In this document: positions 50,792 through 60,579 of the stretch, piece after piece
How the letters are laid out: each line of letters starts with the position of its first letter
Numbering within the stretch: the stretch's first letter is position 1
Sequence record: DRR723986_5034
DNA: 64,000 bases
Direction: 5' to 3' (one strand)
Position numbers and translations under genes: made by a program
Notes under the pieces: generated by a model
Told to the model about the DNA's origin: nothing
What the model saw: only the letters and a program-made list of their open reading frames with translations
Databases searched by the model: none

Positions 50792-53700
50792 ATGATGCTC
50801 CGCATTGCGACGCAGGAACTGCGTTATATGTTGAAGTCACCGCAAACTGCGGTTGGTTTCTCAATTTTCTTCTTTTTATCCTTTTTTGCGATGATCAGCA
50901 CCAATGTCACCATTGGCGGTGGCGGCAACGTTGATGTGAACTCGCCGTTCGCGATAACCATGACATTGCTCACCCTTAATGTTTTTGCTGTTTTTGTGGT
51001 GCCTGCTTTTATGGCAAACGCCATACTCAAAGACTTTGACAGCAAATTTGACGGTATCCTTTTCTCAACACCCATTACAAAACCGGCCTATCTGTTTGGC
51101 AGGTTCATAGGGGCCTTTGCCGCCATGAGCGTGGCCCTTGCCGGTGCGCCCATGGGTATGTTGATCGGTACTTTCTGGCCTTCTGTGGACCCAGAAACAT
51201 TGTCCCCTACAAATATTGGCCATTATCTTTATGTCTATGGCGCACTTGTTCTGCCAGCCATGCTGATCATCAGTGCCATCATCTATGCGATCGCCATCAA
51301 GACACGGTCACTGATGTATACCTACATAGCGGCAATGGGCTTGCTCATTCTATATATCGTTGGCATCAATCTACTGCAGGGCCCAGAATACCGCGAAATT
51401 AATGCACTCATAGATCCCTTTATTTTCAGTACTTTCCAGGAAATGACACGCTATTGGACAGCGGTGGAGCGCAACACAAATCTGCTTTCCTATGAAGGAT
51501 ATCTGCTGACCAACCGGCTTATCTGGTTGGGCCTCACAGTTATGCTGGTTGGGCTCTCGTATTTTTTATTCAACTTCCGGGCACCCGCAAAACTGCCCAA
51601 GGAAAAAAAGTCTGGAAAAGACAATGCTGCAGCAACTGGCAAAGCAGAAATTGCCACCGGGGTGAAAGGCACGCCAATATGGGGCAGTGGCACCACATTG
51701 GCTCAGTTCATGCTGCGTACCCGGTTTGAGGTTGGCTCTGTATTTAAAAGCCTGCCTTTCATGATTATTGTTGGCTTCAGCCTGTTTATTACCATCACCG
51801 CACTGATAAACCGCAATGTCGGGTATGGACTCGACTCGTACCCCGTAACGCGCCTGATGATCGACGCCATTCGTGGCGGCTTCGGCATGGCATTAGTGGT
51901 TTTGCTTATTTTTTATAGCGCCGACATTATCTGGCGCGAGCGTGTTGCCAAATTCAATGAAATTATTGATGCCCTGCCTACCCCTAACTGGGTTTATGTG
52001 GTCAGCAAGCTCACAGCTCTGGCGTTAGTGCTGCTGACTGTATTGATCCTTGGCATTATTACCTCGGTCACTATTCAGTTGATTAGCGGCTATTCTGCCC
52101 TTGAAATAAGCTTGTATCTGCACCGCGGGCTTGTACATACGCTTCTACCCTTTGTGTTGGTGGCGGTTCTGTCCGCCTTTGTGCAGGTCATATCCAACAA
52201 CCGTTTTGTCGGCATGATGATCATGGTGTTGTATCTAATTTCAACCCAAGTGCTACAAGCGCTGGGCTTTGAACACCCGCTTTACAGGTTTGCAAGTGAT
52301 ATCGATACGCCCCTATCTGACATGAATGGGTCTGGCCGCTTTATTTTCAATGACTATTGGCTGGTTGCCTATTGGGGTTTCATATCCGGTTTGCTTCTTA
52401 TGCTAACTTACATGCTTTGGAACCGTGGCACCTTACAGCCCATAAAGCTTCGGATACGCCGCCTCACGGAATTTTTACAGCCTGCTACCGGTTTGGCTGC
52501 CGCAATACTTGTGCTCGGCGCGTTCGGAACGGGTGGGTTCATTTATTACAACACCAATGTGCTGAATGACTATATCACGCTGGATGATCTTGAAGAACTG
52601 TCTGTAGAGTATGAGCAAAAATACCGGCAATATGCCGACCTGCCCATGCCGCGCACAACCGATGTGAAAGTGGATATAGATATCTACCCTTACCGTCGGC
52701 GGGTTGAAGTTCGCTCCAACCAAATTCTAGAGAACAAAACAGATGAAGCCATTTCAACAGTACATATGGTTTTCCCGCCGACCGCTGAGGTGGTGGATGT
52801 AACCCTTGAAGGCGCAGCGCTTTCTAGTTTCGATAGTGATTTCAACTATCATATCTTTGACCTTGAGCAGCCGATGCAACCGGGTGAAAAACGTACGCTG
52901 GATTATGAAACATTGATGCAACAGCAAGGATTCACGCACGAACGCAACAGCGTAACTTTGGTGAGAAACGGCACCTTTATCAACAACAGCGAGTTTGCGC
53001 CTTACATTGGCTTCTGGCCTGGTGGCATGATGACAGACCGCAACACCCGGCGGGAATATGACCTTGAACCGTTGCCGCGCACGCCAGCGCTGGAAGATGC
53101 CAGCCAATACAGTAACAACTATATCCGCCAAGACAGCGACTTTGTTTCGTTCGAAACGACAGTTTCAACCGTTGCAAGCCAGCGTGTTGTGGCACCGGGC
53201 TATCTGGAACGTGAATGGACCGAGGGCGACAGGCGCTATTTCTCCTATAAAATGGATGCGCCAATTTTGAACTTCTACAGTTATCTATCCGCAGAATATG
53301 AAGTGGTGCGCGAGGAATGGAATGACCTGTTGATTGAGGTATTCCACCACAAGCCCCACACATATAATGTGGGCAGAATGATAGAAGGCGTAAAGGATAG
53401 CGTTACGTATTTTAATAAAGCCTTCAGCCCCTACCAGCACCGGCAGGTTCGCATTCTGGAATTTCCTGCATACCGCACATTCGCGCAGGCGTTCCCGAAC
53501 ACCATTCCTTACTCTGAAGGCATTGGCTTCATTGCTGATATCTCAGGTGAAGGAGTAATTGACATGCCCTACTATGTGACGGCCCATGAAATGGCACACC
53601 AATGGTGGGCGCACCAGGTTATGGCAGCCAACACGCAAGGCGGCACCATGCTGGTAGAAACATTGGCGCAGTACGGTGCCCTGTTGGTGATGGAGCAAAA

Positions 53701-54403
53701 ATACGGCAAGGACCAGATCAAAAAATTCCTGAAGTTTGAACTGGATAACTATCTTTCCGGCCGAGCAACCGACCCGGAAGGTGAATTGCCTCTGTATAAA
53801 GTGGAGAACCAGCAATATATTCATTACCGCAAAGGGTCGGTGATTATGTATGCGCTCAAAGATTATCTGGGTGAAGACGTGGTCAACCGGTCGCTCCAAA
53901 AGTTGATTGAGCTGCGCGCCTTTCGCGGAGACCCTTATGCCATTTCAACGGATTTAATCACTATCTTGAAAGAAGAAGCGCCAGAAAATGTAGGTTTAAT
54001 TGAAGATTTCTTCGAAAAAATCACTATTTTTGATACAAGCGCGACGAATGGCAGGGTGCAGCAACTGGCAGACGGTACTTTCAAAGTTTCAATTGATGTG
54101 AATGTCGGCAAAATATACGCCGATGCAGAGGGCAATGAAACGAGAGCATCTTTTGACATTCCGGTCGATATCGGTGTGTTTAGCAAAAACCCTATAAACG
54201 CTGATTTTAATAGCGCCGATGTTCTTCACATGGAAAAGCACCGGGTTGTTGACGGCGAATCAACCATTGAGGTGATTGTCAAAAACCGCCCGGCTTTTGT
54301 TGGCATTGACCCCTACAACAAGCTAATTGACCGGAATTCCAATGACAATATTCGGGCCGTTGATACGGTGGGCATATTGGCGTCAAACGAAACTGGCAAT
54401 TAA
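50792..54403 (+). CDS. ABC-2 type permease fused to M1-family (gluzincin) peptidase domain
   Basis: Two ABC-2 membrane modules in the first ~590 aa, then a soluble domain with HEMAH..E and HYRKGS. Confidence 0.9.
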   Translation: MMLRIATQELRYMLKSPQTAVGFSIFFFLSFFAMISTNVTIGGGGNVDVNSPFAITMTLLTLNVFAVFVVPAFMANAILKDFDSKFDGILFSTPITKPAYLFGRFIGAFAAMSVALAGAPMGMLIGTFWPSVDPETLSPTNIGHYLYVYGALVLPAMLIISAIIYAIAIKTRSLMYTYIAAMGLLILYIVGINLLQGPEYREINALIDPFIFSTFQEMTRYWTAVERNTNLLSYEGYLLTNRLIWLGLTVMLVGLSYFLFNFRAPAKLPKEKKSGKDNAAATGKAEIATGVKGTPIWGSGTTLAQFMLRTRFEVGSVFKSLPFMIIVGFSLFITITALINRNVGYGLDSYPVTRLMIDAIRGGFGMALVVLLIFYSADIIWRERVAKFNEIIDALPTPNWVYVVSKLTALALVLLTVLILGIITSVTIQLISGYSALEISLYLHRGLVHTLLPFVLVAVLSAFVQVISNNRFVGMMIMVLYLISTQVLQALGFEHPLYRFASDIDTPLSDMNGSGRFIFNDYWLVAYWGFISGLLLMLTYMLWNRGTLQPIKLRIRRLTEFLQPATGLAAAILVLGAFGTGGFIYYNTNVLNDYITLDDLEELSVEYEQKYRQYADLPMPRTTDVKVDIDIYPYRRRVEVRSNQILENKTDEAISTVHMVFPPTAEVVDVTLEGAALSSFDSDFNYHIFDLEQPMQPGEKRTLDYETLMQQQGFTHERNSVTLVRNGTFINNSEFAPYIGFWPGGMMTDRNTRREYDLEPLPRTPALEDASQYSNNYIRQDSDFVSFETTVSTVASQRVVAPGYLEREWTEGDRRYFSYKMDAPILNFYSYLSAEYEVVREEWNDLLIEVFHHKPHTYNVGRMIEGVKDSVTYFNKAFSPYQHRQVRILEFPAYRTFAQAFPNTIPYSEGIGFIADISGEGVIDMPYYVTAHEMAHQWWAHQVMAANTQGGTMLVETLAQYGALLVMEQKYGKDQIKKFLKFELDNYLSGRATDPEGELPLYKVENQQYIHYRKGSVIMYALKDYLGEDVVNRSLQKLIELRAFRGDPYAISTDLITILKEEAPENVGLIEDFFEKITIFDTSATNGRVQQLADGTFKVSIDVNVGKIYADAEGNETRASFDIPVDIGVFSKNPINADFNSADVLHMEKHRVVDGESTIEVIVKNRPAFVGIDPYNKLIDRNSNDNIRAVDTVGILASNETGN

Positions 54404-54419
54404 AGAACACCCTTAAATC

Positions 54420-54448
54420 TTAGACTTGAAGTACGCCTTCAGGCCTAA
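54420..54448. terminator. Hairpin between convergent genes
   Basis: TTAGACTTGAAG-TACGC-CTTCAGGCCTAA (one wobble, one mismatch), with no clear U-tract. Confidence 0.35.
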
Positions 54449-54470
54449 AGCAACAGTGGGGCTGCGATAT

Positions 54471-54950
54471 CTATTGTAGCCCCATTAGTTTTTTCGCAGC
54501 TTCTACCTGGTCCATCATCGACTGATAATCTCCAACATCAATATGGCGGGTGACCTTGCCATTTTTCAGCGTTATCAGGCGCACAACGTCAATGGCGACG
54601 GCTGTCCTTTGATCTGGCGTTGCATCAGGAACTAATGCAACATCACCACTGACAGTGGAATGAATGACCACGGTTCCACGAAACGCATAAGCTTTCTTTA
54701 TTTCATTTCGTATATTATGAATATTGCCCGTGTACGCCGCATAAACTTTCGCGACTTCGTCTTTACCGCGCGCCACAGCGCCCCACGTTAAGTCTTCAAA
54801 TATTATACTGTCTGCCATCAAGGGGTGCACTTCTTCAGCAAAGCCATTTTCAAGCGCATTAATGTAGCGTTTCACAGTCCCTATTTCATTTGCTGACGCC
54901 GGCACGGCAAGCAAAAATAGTCCGACCAACAGCAAAGCAATTTTTCTCAT
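54471..54950 (-). CDS. Secreted SnoaL-like / NTF2-family protein
   Basis: Signal peptide (..ASA), ADSIIFED, RGKDEV, LKNGKVTRHID. Confidence 0.75.
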   Translation of the reverse strand: MRKIALLLVGLFLLAVPASANEIGTVKRYINALENGFAEEVHPLMADSIIFEDLTWGAVARGKDEVAKVYAAYTGNIHNIRNEIKKAYAFRGTVVIHSTVSGDVALVPDATPDQRTAVAIDVVRLITLKNGKVTRHIDVGDYQSMMDQVEAAKKLMGLQ

Positions 54951-55052
54951 TTCCTTTTCCTCAATGATAATTCGGAACAAACAAGCTGGCCATAACGCCG
55001 ATGTAGCTGTCTCCTTCACCCATCATTTGCAGCGCTTGCATTTTCATAAATG

Positions 55053-56015
55053 TCAAAGGCCCGCGGTGACCTCGTCCAGCGTAAATTCATAGGTCTGGTT
55101 ACAAAACTGGCAATTCACATCAATCATGCCGTCCCTCACCATCTCCGCCAGCTCAGCCTTTTCAAATTGACCGAGAACATTTTTCAACCGCGCGCGAGAA
55201 CACCGACACATGTGAACCAACCGCGCAGAATCAAAAACCCGCACGCCGTCTTCATTATACAACCGGTATAAAACCGTGTCCAAATCCAGCTGCGGGTCCA
55301 ACAATTCGTCCGGTTTCACGCTGTGCATCAACACACTTGCGCGGTCCCAGTGTTCTTGGGTTTCCTGGTCCAGAAGTCGCTCTTGCCCTTCTTCGCCGCG
55401 TGCCAAATGCTGCACCATAATGCCGCCTGCGCGCCAATGACCCGTCACGTCATTTTTAGCGCAAACCAATCGCAGTTCCGTCGGGGTTTGCTCTGAATTC
55501 AGAAAATAATTGCGCGCCACTTCAGCAACACTGTCGCCTTTCAGGTCAACAATGCCTTGATAGCGTTCCATGTCCTCGCCTTGATCAATGGTCAACGCCA
55601 GATAACCAGACTTTGATCCAATCAACCCATTAAAACTGGGGTTTTTGCCATAGGTAGACAGTTTATCCTGATTGATATCGGCATAACCCCGCAAGCGACC
55701 AATACCGTCTTCGCGGCGTTCATAGTCTGCCACCATCATAGGGACAGCCCCGCTTGATTTGGTTTGAATAGTGACAATGCCGTTGAATTTCATGATCGAG
55801 CCCAGCATGCCAGTCAGCGTCAATAGCTCACCGAGAATACGCGCAACTGGGTCGGCATAGTTATGCGCCCTCAGTATTTGGTCCACCACTGTTCCCAGTC
55901 GGATAGCGCGACCACGAACATCCATTCCTTCAATCCGAAACGGGCGAACTTCATTGTCCCGGCTATCGTCAGGGTCGGTGACAACAATCGGTTTTTTATG
56001 ATCTGTCTTTGCCAT
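55053..56015 (-). CDS. hslO: Hsp33 redox-regulated chaperone
   Basis: VRGRAIRL, RYQGIV, YFLNSEQ, CRCSR..CQFC zinc centre. Confidence 0.95.
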   Translation of the reverse strand: MAKTDHKKPIVVTDPDDSRDNEVRPFRIEGMDVRGRAIRLGTVVDQILRAHNYADPVARILGELLTLTGMLGSIMKFNGIVTIQTKSSGAVPMMVADYERREDGIGRLRGYADINQDKLSTYGKNPSFNGLIGSKSGYLALTIDQGEDMERYQGIVDLKGDSVAEVARNYFLNSEQTPTELRLVCAKNDVTGHWRAGGIMVQHLARGEEGQERLLDQETQEHWDRASVLMHSVKPDELLDPQLDLDTVLYRLYNEDGVRVFDSARLVHMCRCSRARLKNVLGQFEKAELAEMVRDGMIDVNCQFCNQTYEFTLDEVTAGL

Positions 56016-56037
56016 GTGCTTTTACTACTTTGTTAGG

Positions 56038-56979
56038 CTAAATCTTACCAAGGCACCATGCCAATATCGCCTTTTGGGCGTGCAGGCGATTTTCAGCCTC
56101 CTGCCACACCAGCGATTGCGGGCCATCAATAACATTTGCCGCCACTTCTTCACCACGGTGTGCGGGTAGGCAATGCAGAAATACTGCATCTGCGGATGCT
56201 TGCTGCATTAAATCTTTTGTCACTTGATAGTGGCTAAAGGCCTGCATGCGCTCCGCCGCATCTGCGTCCCCCATGGAAACCCACGTATCCGTAATAACGG
56301 CATCTGCTTTTCTCACCGCTGTAGCAGGGTCTGAAGTGACCGAAATATCGCCCCCCTTAACTTTGGCCCAGGCAAGTGCTTCCACCGATGGGCCGTAGCC
56401 TTCAGGGCATGCAAGTACCAGAGAAAAATCAAACAACGTTGCCGCTTCAATTAAAGACGTTGCCACATTGTTGCCGTCCCCAACCCAGGCGACTTTGCGG
56501 CCAGCAATCCCGCCAAAATGCTCCTCAAGGGTCAGCATATCAGCCATCAACTGGCAGGGGTGCGACCGATCGGTTAGCGCATTCACAACCGGAACAGACC
56601 CGCTTTTTGCCAACTCAACCACTGTGGCATGGTCGTTGGCACGCACCATAACCGCATCCACATAGCGGCTGATAACCCGCGCCGTGTCCGCCACACTTTC
56701 GCCGCGACCAAGTTGCATGGCCGCCCCCTGCAACACAACGCTGGAACCACCCAGTTGCTGCATGGCCATTTCAAAGCTAATGCGGGTGCGCGTGGATGAT
56801 TTCTCAAAAATCATCGCTAAAGTATGACCTGCTAGCGGCGCCCCTTGATCAGGCGCGCCTTTAGGCAAGCCCGCGCGCGCTGTTTTCCAACGCTTCGCCG
56901 TGTCCAAAATATGCCGGAGCACGTCTGATGGAAGGTCTTTCAAGTCCAAAAAATGACTATTCGGCGCGGCCATATTCAT
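56038..56979 (-). CDS. argF: Ornithine carbamoyltransferase
   Basis: SSTRT, HPCQ, DTWVSMG, HCLP, AENR. Confidence 0.96.
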   Translation of the reverse strand: MNMAAPNSHFLDLKDLPSDVLRHILDTAKRWKTARAGLPKGAPDQGAPLAGHTLAMIFEKSSTRTRISFEMAMQQLGGSSVVLQGAAMQLGRGESVADTARVISRYVDAVMVRANDHATVVELAKSGSVPVVNALTDRSHPCQLMADMLTLEEHFGGIAGRKVAWVGDGNNVATSLIEAATLFDFSLVLACPEGYGPSVEALAWAKVKGGDISVTSDPATAVRKADAVITDTWVSMGDADAAERMQAFSHYQVTKDLMQQASADAVFLHCLPAHRGEEVAANVIDGPQSLVWQEAENRLHAQKAILAWCLGKI

Positions 56980-57012
56980 GCGCGGGTCCCAGTTTTTTGT
57001 ATCAGACGCGAG

Positions 57013-58194
57013 CTATTTTTTAGCCCGAAACGAAGCCAATGAAGCATCCAAATGGTTTATCGCCTCGTCAATGTGGCTTTCGTCCAAAATAAGTGGTGGC
57101 AGCATACGCACAACCATATCGCCCGCAACCGCTGGCACCATGCCACGACTGATCAAGTCCATTACAATGTCTCGTGTCGGGATGTCTGGCACACGAATAC
57201 CGGCCATCAGGCCTTTGCCGCGCACTTCGCTGATCAAATCGCTGTGGCGCTGTTGAAGCGCGGCCAAACGGCCATGCAGCATGTCACCCATTTCGATCAC
57301 ATGGTCAAGAAAACCCGGCTTCATCATTTCATCCAGAACCGCATTACCAACGGCCATTGCCAGCGGGTTGCCGCCGTATGTTGACCCGTGCGTGCCAACA
57401 ACCATGCCCGATGCTGCCTCCTCTGTCGCCAAACAGGCACCCAGCGGAAATCCGCCGCCAATACCTTTGGCCGCCGTGATAATATCTGGCTCAATGCCTG
57501 ACCATTCGTAAGCAAACAACTTGCCTGTACGGCCCATGCCGCATTGAATTTCATCAACCACCAGCAGCAAGCCATGTTCATCACAAATGGCGCGCAGGGC
57601 CTGCATAGTCTCAACCGGAATTGGCCGAATGCCACCCTCGCCCTGCACTGGCTCCACCATGATGCCGCCAGTTTCGGGGCCAATGGCTGCTTTCACTGCA
57701 TCCAGATCATTGAACGGCACAACATCAAACCCTTCCGGCAGGGGCTCAAACCCTTTGGTAAGCTTCTCCTGACCCGCCGCTGCAATGCCCGCCAGCGTGC
57801 GGCCATGAAATGCCGACGCCATGGTGACCATGCGGTAACGACCTTTCTGACCTTTATCATGGTGGTATTTTCGTACCATTTTAATGGCGCATTCAATGGC
57901 CTCAGCGCCTGAATTACCAAAGAAAATGGTATCTGCAGCGCAGGCGTCCGTTAGGCGTGTTGCCAACCGGTCGCCTTCAGGGATGGTGAAGCCATTGGCA
58001 GTATGCCAAAGTTTGGCTCCCTGTTCTTGCAAGGCTTTTACCAGAGCCGGATGGCTGTGGCCCATGCTCATCACACCGATACCTGAATAGAAGTCCAGAT
58101 ACTTCTTGCCGTCAGTGTCATACAAATACATGCCTTCACCGCGTTCAAACGCGATAGGGTTGCGGGCATAAGTTGGCATTAATGGTGTAATCAC
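57013..58194 (-). CDS. argD: Acetylornithine aminotransferase
   Basis: LMPTYAR, NSGAEA, FHGRT, EPVQGEGG, DEIQCGMGRTG, AKGIGGG, HGSTYGGN. GTG 58194 follows GAAGGGAG. Confidence 0.95.
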   Translation of the reverse strand: MITPLMPTYARNPIAFERGEGMYLYDTDGKKYLDFYSGIGVMSMGHSHPALVKALQEQGAKLWHTANGFTIPEGDRLATRLTDACAADTIFFGNSGAEAIECAIKMVRKYHHDKGQKGRYRMVTMASAFHGRTLAGIAAAGQEKLTKGFEPLPEGFDVVPFNDLDAVKAAIGPETGGIMVEPVQGEGGIRPIPVETMQALRAICDEHGLLLVVDEIQCGMGRTGKLFAYEWSGIEPDIITAAKGIGGGFPLGACLATEEAASGMVVGTHGSTYGGNPLAMAVGNAVLDEMMKPGFLDHVIEMGDMLHGRLAALQQRHSDLISEVRGKGLMAGIRVPDIPTRDIVMDLISRGMVPAVAGDMVVRMLPPLILDESHIDEAINHLDASLASFRAKK

Positions 58195-58333
58195 AGTGTG
58201 TCTCCCTTCTGGGCTAGACAGTTTTGCGGGTGTCCTTCTTTGGGTACCTCTTTCAGGCGCTTCCCGAGCCGACAATCCCTTAGGCCCAAAAAGGTCGGAT
58301 AATCGTGCACAAACACTGACCCGACGGAAGGCG

Positions 58334-58362
58334 AGGATGCCCCCGGCTTTGCACGTTGTCAA
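58334..58362 (-). promoter_or_regulatory. Sigma70-type promoter of argD-argF-hslO
   Basis: TTGACA-N17-CATCCT, implying a leader of about 130 nt. Confidence 0.5.
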
Positions 58363-58413
58363 TGCTAGCAAAGCTATAAATTCTGCTGTGAATAGAATCG
58401 GGTTTTGCGGCCA

Positions 58414-59238
58414 TCAAGCCTTAAGGCGGTAGCCTTTTTTAAATACCAAATAAACCGCAACAGTTAGAACAATATTGATACTTAAAGTATAAAGTAGGCC
58501 AACCATCAGATTACTGTCAGCCCGGTCAATAAAGCCATAGCGAAAACCATCAATCAGGTAAAAGAATGGATTAATACTTGAGAAGATTTGCCAGCCTTCG
58601 CTTAAACGTTCAATTGAATAAAAAGTGCCGGAAAGAAGGCTAAGTGGCGCGATCACAAAATTAGTAATGGCGGCTGAATGGTCAAATTTCTCGGCCCAAA
58701 CACCGGTTAACACACCCACAAGCGACAACATGGCACTGGCAGCAAGCGCAAAATACAGCACAGCCCAAAAGTGCGAAATAGACATACTAACGTCGGGCAT
58801 TAACACAAAAGCCAATCCAACTGACAGACCAACCACCACACCGCGCGTTATGCCCCCAAGTACGAAACCAATGGTTAACTCCAATGCTGAAAGCGGCGGC
58901 ATTAATGTGTCAACTATATTACCCTGCACTTTTGAAATGAGAATCGAAGACGACGTGTTGGCAAAAGAATTTTGTAAAATTGCCATAACGATCAGGCCTG
59001 GTGCCAGAAATTGCGCATAGGGCATGTCTGCGACCATGCGCCCGCGACCACCCAAGGCCAGCGAAAAAATTATCATAAACAGGATGGTCGTAACCGCCGG
59101 CGCTATAAGCGTTTGTGTCCAAACTTTCATGAATCGTTTGGTTTCCTTCAAATACAAGGTTTGAAGGCCAACCCAGTTCACCCATCCGATGGTGCGCGCA
59201 CCCAGTTCTGAGTAAGACATGTTTTTGCTGTTTGTCAC
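58414..59238 (-). CDS. ABC-2 transporter permease (YadH-like)
   Basis: TLYLKETKRF, FLAPGL, NSFANTSSS, LSGTFY, NPFFYLIDGFR. Confidence 0.92.
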   Translation of the reverse strand: MTNSKNMSYSELGARTIGWVNWVGLQTLYLKETKRFMKVWTQTLIAPAVTTILFMIIFSLALGGRGRMVADMPYAQFLAPGLIVMAILQNSFANTSSSILISKVQGNIVDTLMPPLSALELTIGFVLGGITRGVVVGLSVGLAFVLMPDVSMSISHFWAVLYFALAASAMLSLVGVLTGVWAEKFDHSAAITNFVIAPLSLLSGTFYSIERLSEGWQIFSSINPFFYLIDGFRYGFIDRADSNLMVGLLYTLSINIVLTVAVYLVFKKGYRLKA

Positions 59239-59337
59239 GGCGAACGCTCCGGCGTTATGGGTGAAAATATTCAGGTTCCTTCATATGGTGATACAAGAGG
59301 CCTTGGCAAGGGGGGGCGCAAAGCGATATAAACAAAT

Positions 59338-59363
59338 CGAATCGCGACTCGCACGTCGACTCA
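59338..59363. promoter_or_regulatory. Three clustered CcrM (GANTC) sites, each matching the GcrA motif YGAKTCG on the minus strand
   Basis: CGAATCG 59338, CGACTCG 59345, CGACTCA 59357, just downstream of TTGGCA-N18-TATAAA (59303-59332). Confidence 0.7.
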
Positions 59364-59411
59364 CAAAATACGTCAGCGCTGCTGAACCGCATATAATTAA
59401 AGGATACCTTC

Positions 59412-59828
59412 ATGGCTTGGACAGAAGACCGCATCGAGAAACTTAAGAAACTCTGGGACGACGGCCTTAGTGCAAGCCAAATTGCCAAGGAACTGGCTGA
59501 AGGGGTTACCCGAAACGCTGTTATTGGCAAGGCACACAGGCTGGGCCTCAAGTCTCGGCCATCACCGGTTAAAACGGATTCTGCAAAAAAGAAAGCCGCG
59601 CCAAAACCAGCTGCCAAGAAAAGTGACAAAAAACTGGTGTCTCTTCTCGACCTAACGGACCGTATGTGTAAATGGCCCATTGGCCATCCTGGCGACTCGG
59701 ATTTTCATTTTTGCGGCAAAGCGTCTGAACCCGGCATGCCGTATTGCGCTCGTCATTGTGCAGAAGCCTATCAGGCACAGCCACCTCGTCGCGATCGCAG
59801 GCCCAACACCCGCGCACCCATTCTTTAG
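59412..59828 (+). CDS. gcrA: Cell-cycle regulator GcrA
   Basis: MAWTEDRIEKLKKLW..GLSASQIA..VTRNAVIGKAHRLGL and CKWPIGHP..FHFCG..PYCARH. Confidence 0.96.
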   Translation: MAWTEDRIEKLKKLWDDGLSASQIAKELAEGVTRNAVIGKAHRLGLKSRPSPVKTDSAKKKAAPKPAAKKSDKKLVSLLDLTDRMCKWPIGHPGDSDFHFCGKASEPGMPYCARHCAEAYQAQPPRRDRRPNTRAPIL

Positions 59829-59874
59829 GCATAATTACGCACGCTTTTTTAGCGACATTTTCTGCATTTTCCCT

Positions 59875-59912
59875 GACCAAATCCTGTATTTTTCAGGTTT
59901 TTGGTCCCTTTT
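59875..59912 (+). terminator. Probable gcrA terminator
   Basis: GACCAAATCCTG-N7-CAGGTTTTTGGTC followed by CCTTTT. Confidence 0.45.
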
Positions 59913-60010
59913 GGCTGTTTGTATGAGCTGAAAATGCTGTTCTCTCTTGCACTCTGCCTTCACCTCGCTACCATCTATGGCAAGGTTGAAGCCAAACGAG
60001 GGAGAGTCGA

Positions 60011-60496
60011 ATGACCAGAAAGTTTACTGCTAGAAAGGCTGCTTTAGCGGCCATTATTGGTGTTGCACTGCCGCTATCGTCTTCTGTCGCTTTAAGTGAC
60101 GACGAGAAAAAAGAACGCTTTTTCGAATCGCAATATCGTCACGATGTGATGGAGCATTTTAGCTATTCGATGAAAAAGCTGGTACCTATTCTATTTAAAG
60201 GACAGGGAGACAGGACACACATACCTGCGATCGCGAGCATCATGGCCAGCACCGCGAGCATCTCCAAATCTGCCTTTGAAAAAGACACGCGCGAAATGGA
60301 AGGCCATACAGTCGCCAAAGACGCTGTATGGGAAAACTGGGACGACTTTGCCAAGCGCATGGATGCGCTTGAAAGAGACACTGCCGCCTTCGCAGAAGTA
60401 ACCGCGCGGACAACAGATGGGGACGAGATTATGGCAGCCTTCAGAAATGTGGGCCGTAACTGTAAAGGCTGTCACGACGAATATAAAGCTGACTGA
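60011..60496 (+). CDS. Class II cytochrome c (c'/c556-type)
   Basis: Signal peptide, YRHDVM, AKDAVWENWDDF, C-terminal CKGCH. Confidence 0.9.
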   Translation: MTRKFTARKAALAAIIGVALPLSSSVALSDDEKKERFFESQYRHDVMEHFSYSMKKLVPILFKGQGDRTHIPAIASIMASTASISKSAFEKDTREMEGHTVAKDAVWENWDDFAKRMDALERDTAAFAEVTARTTDGDEIMAAFRNVGRNCKGCHDEYKAD

Positions 60497-60519
60497 TCCC
60501 GTTAAATTAGCAAAAAGCC

Positions 60520-60550
60520 AAAGCGCTCTCAAATTGAGGGCGCTTTTTTT
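60520..60550. terminator. Intrinsic terminator between convergent cytochrome genes
   Basis: AAAGCGCTCTCA-AAT-TGAGGGCGCTTTTTTT. Confidence 0.85.
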
Positions 60551-60579
60551 ATACCGATATATTCAACCAACCATTGCCG

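Noticed and set aside
58195-58327. Cobalamin, glycine or lysine riboswitch in the argD leader
   Set aside because: Fragments such as CGGGAAG and CCCGCAAAACUGU resemble cobalamin elements, but order, spacing and the B12 box do not fit. Kept only as an unassigned structured leader.
59255-59680. 141-aa minus-strand ORF
   Set aside because: Antisense to the clearly genuine gcrA and its promoter.
59852-59866. RegA-like site GCGACATTTTCTGCA upstream of the cytochrome c gene
   Set aside because: Second half-site matches poorly, and it lies upstream of the probable gcrA terminator.
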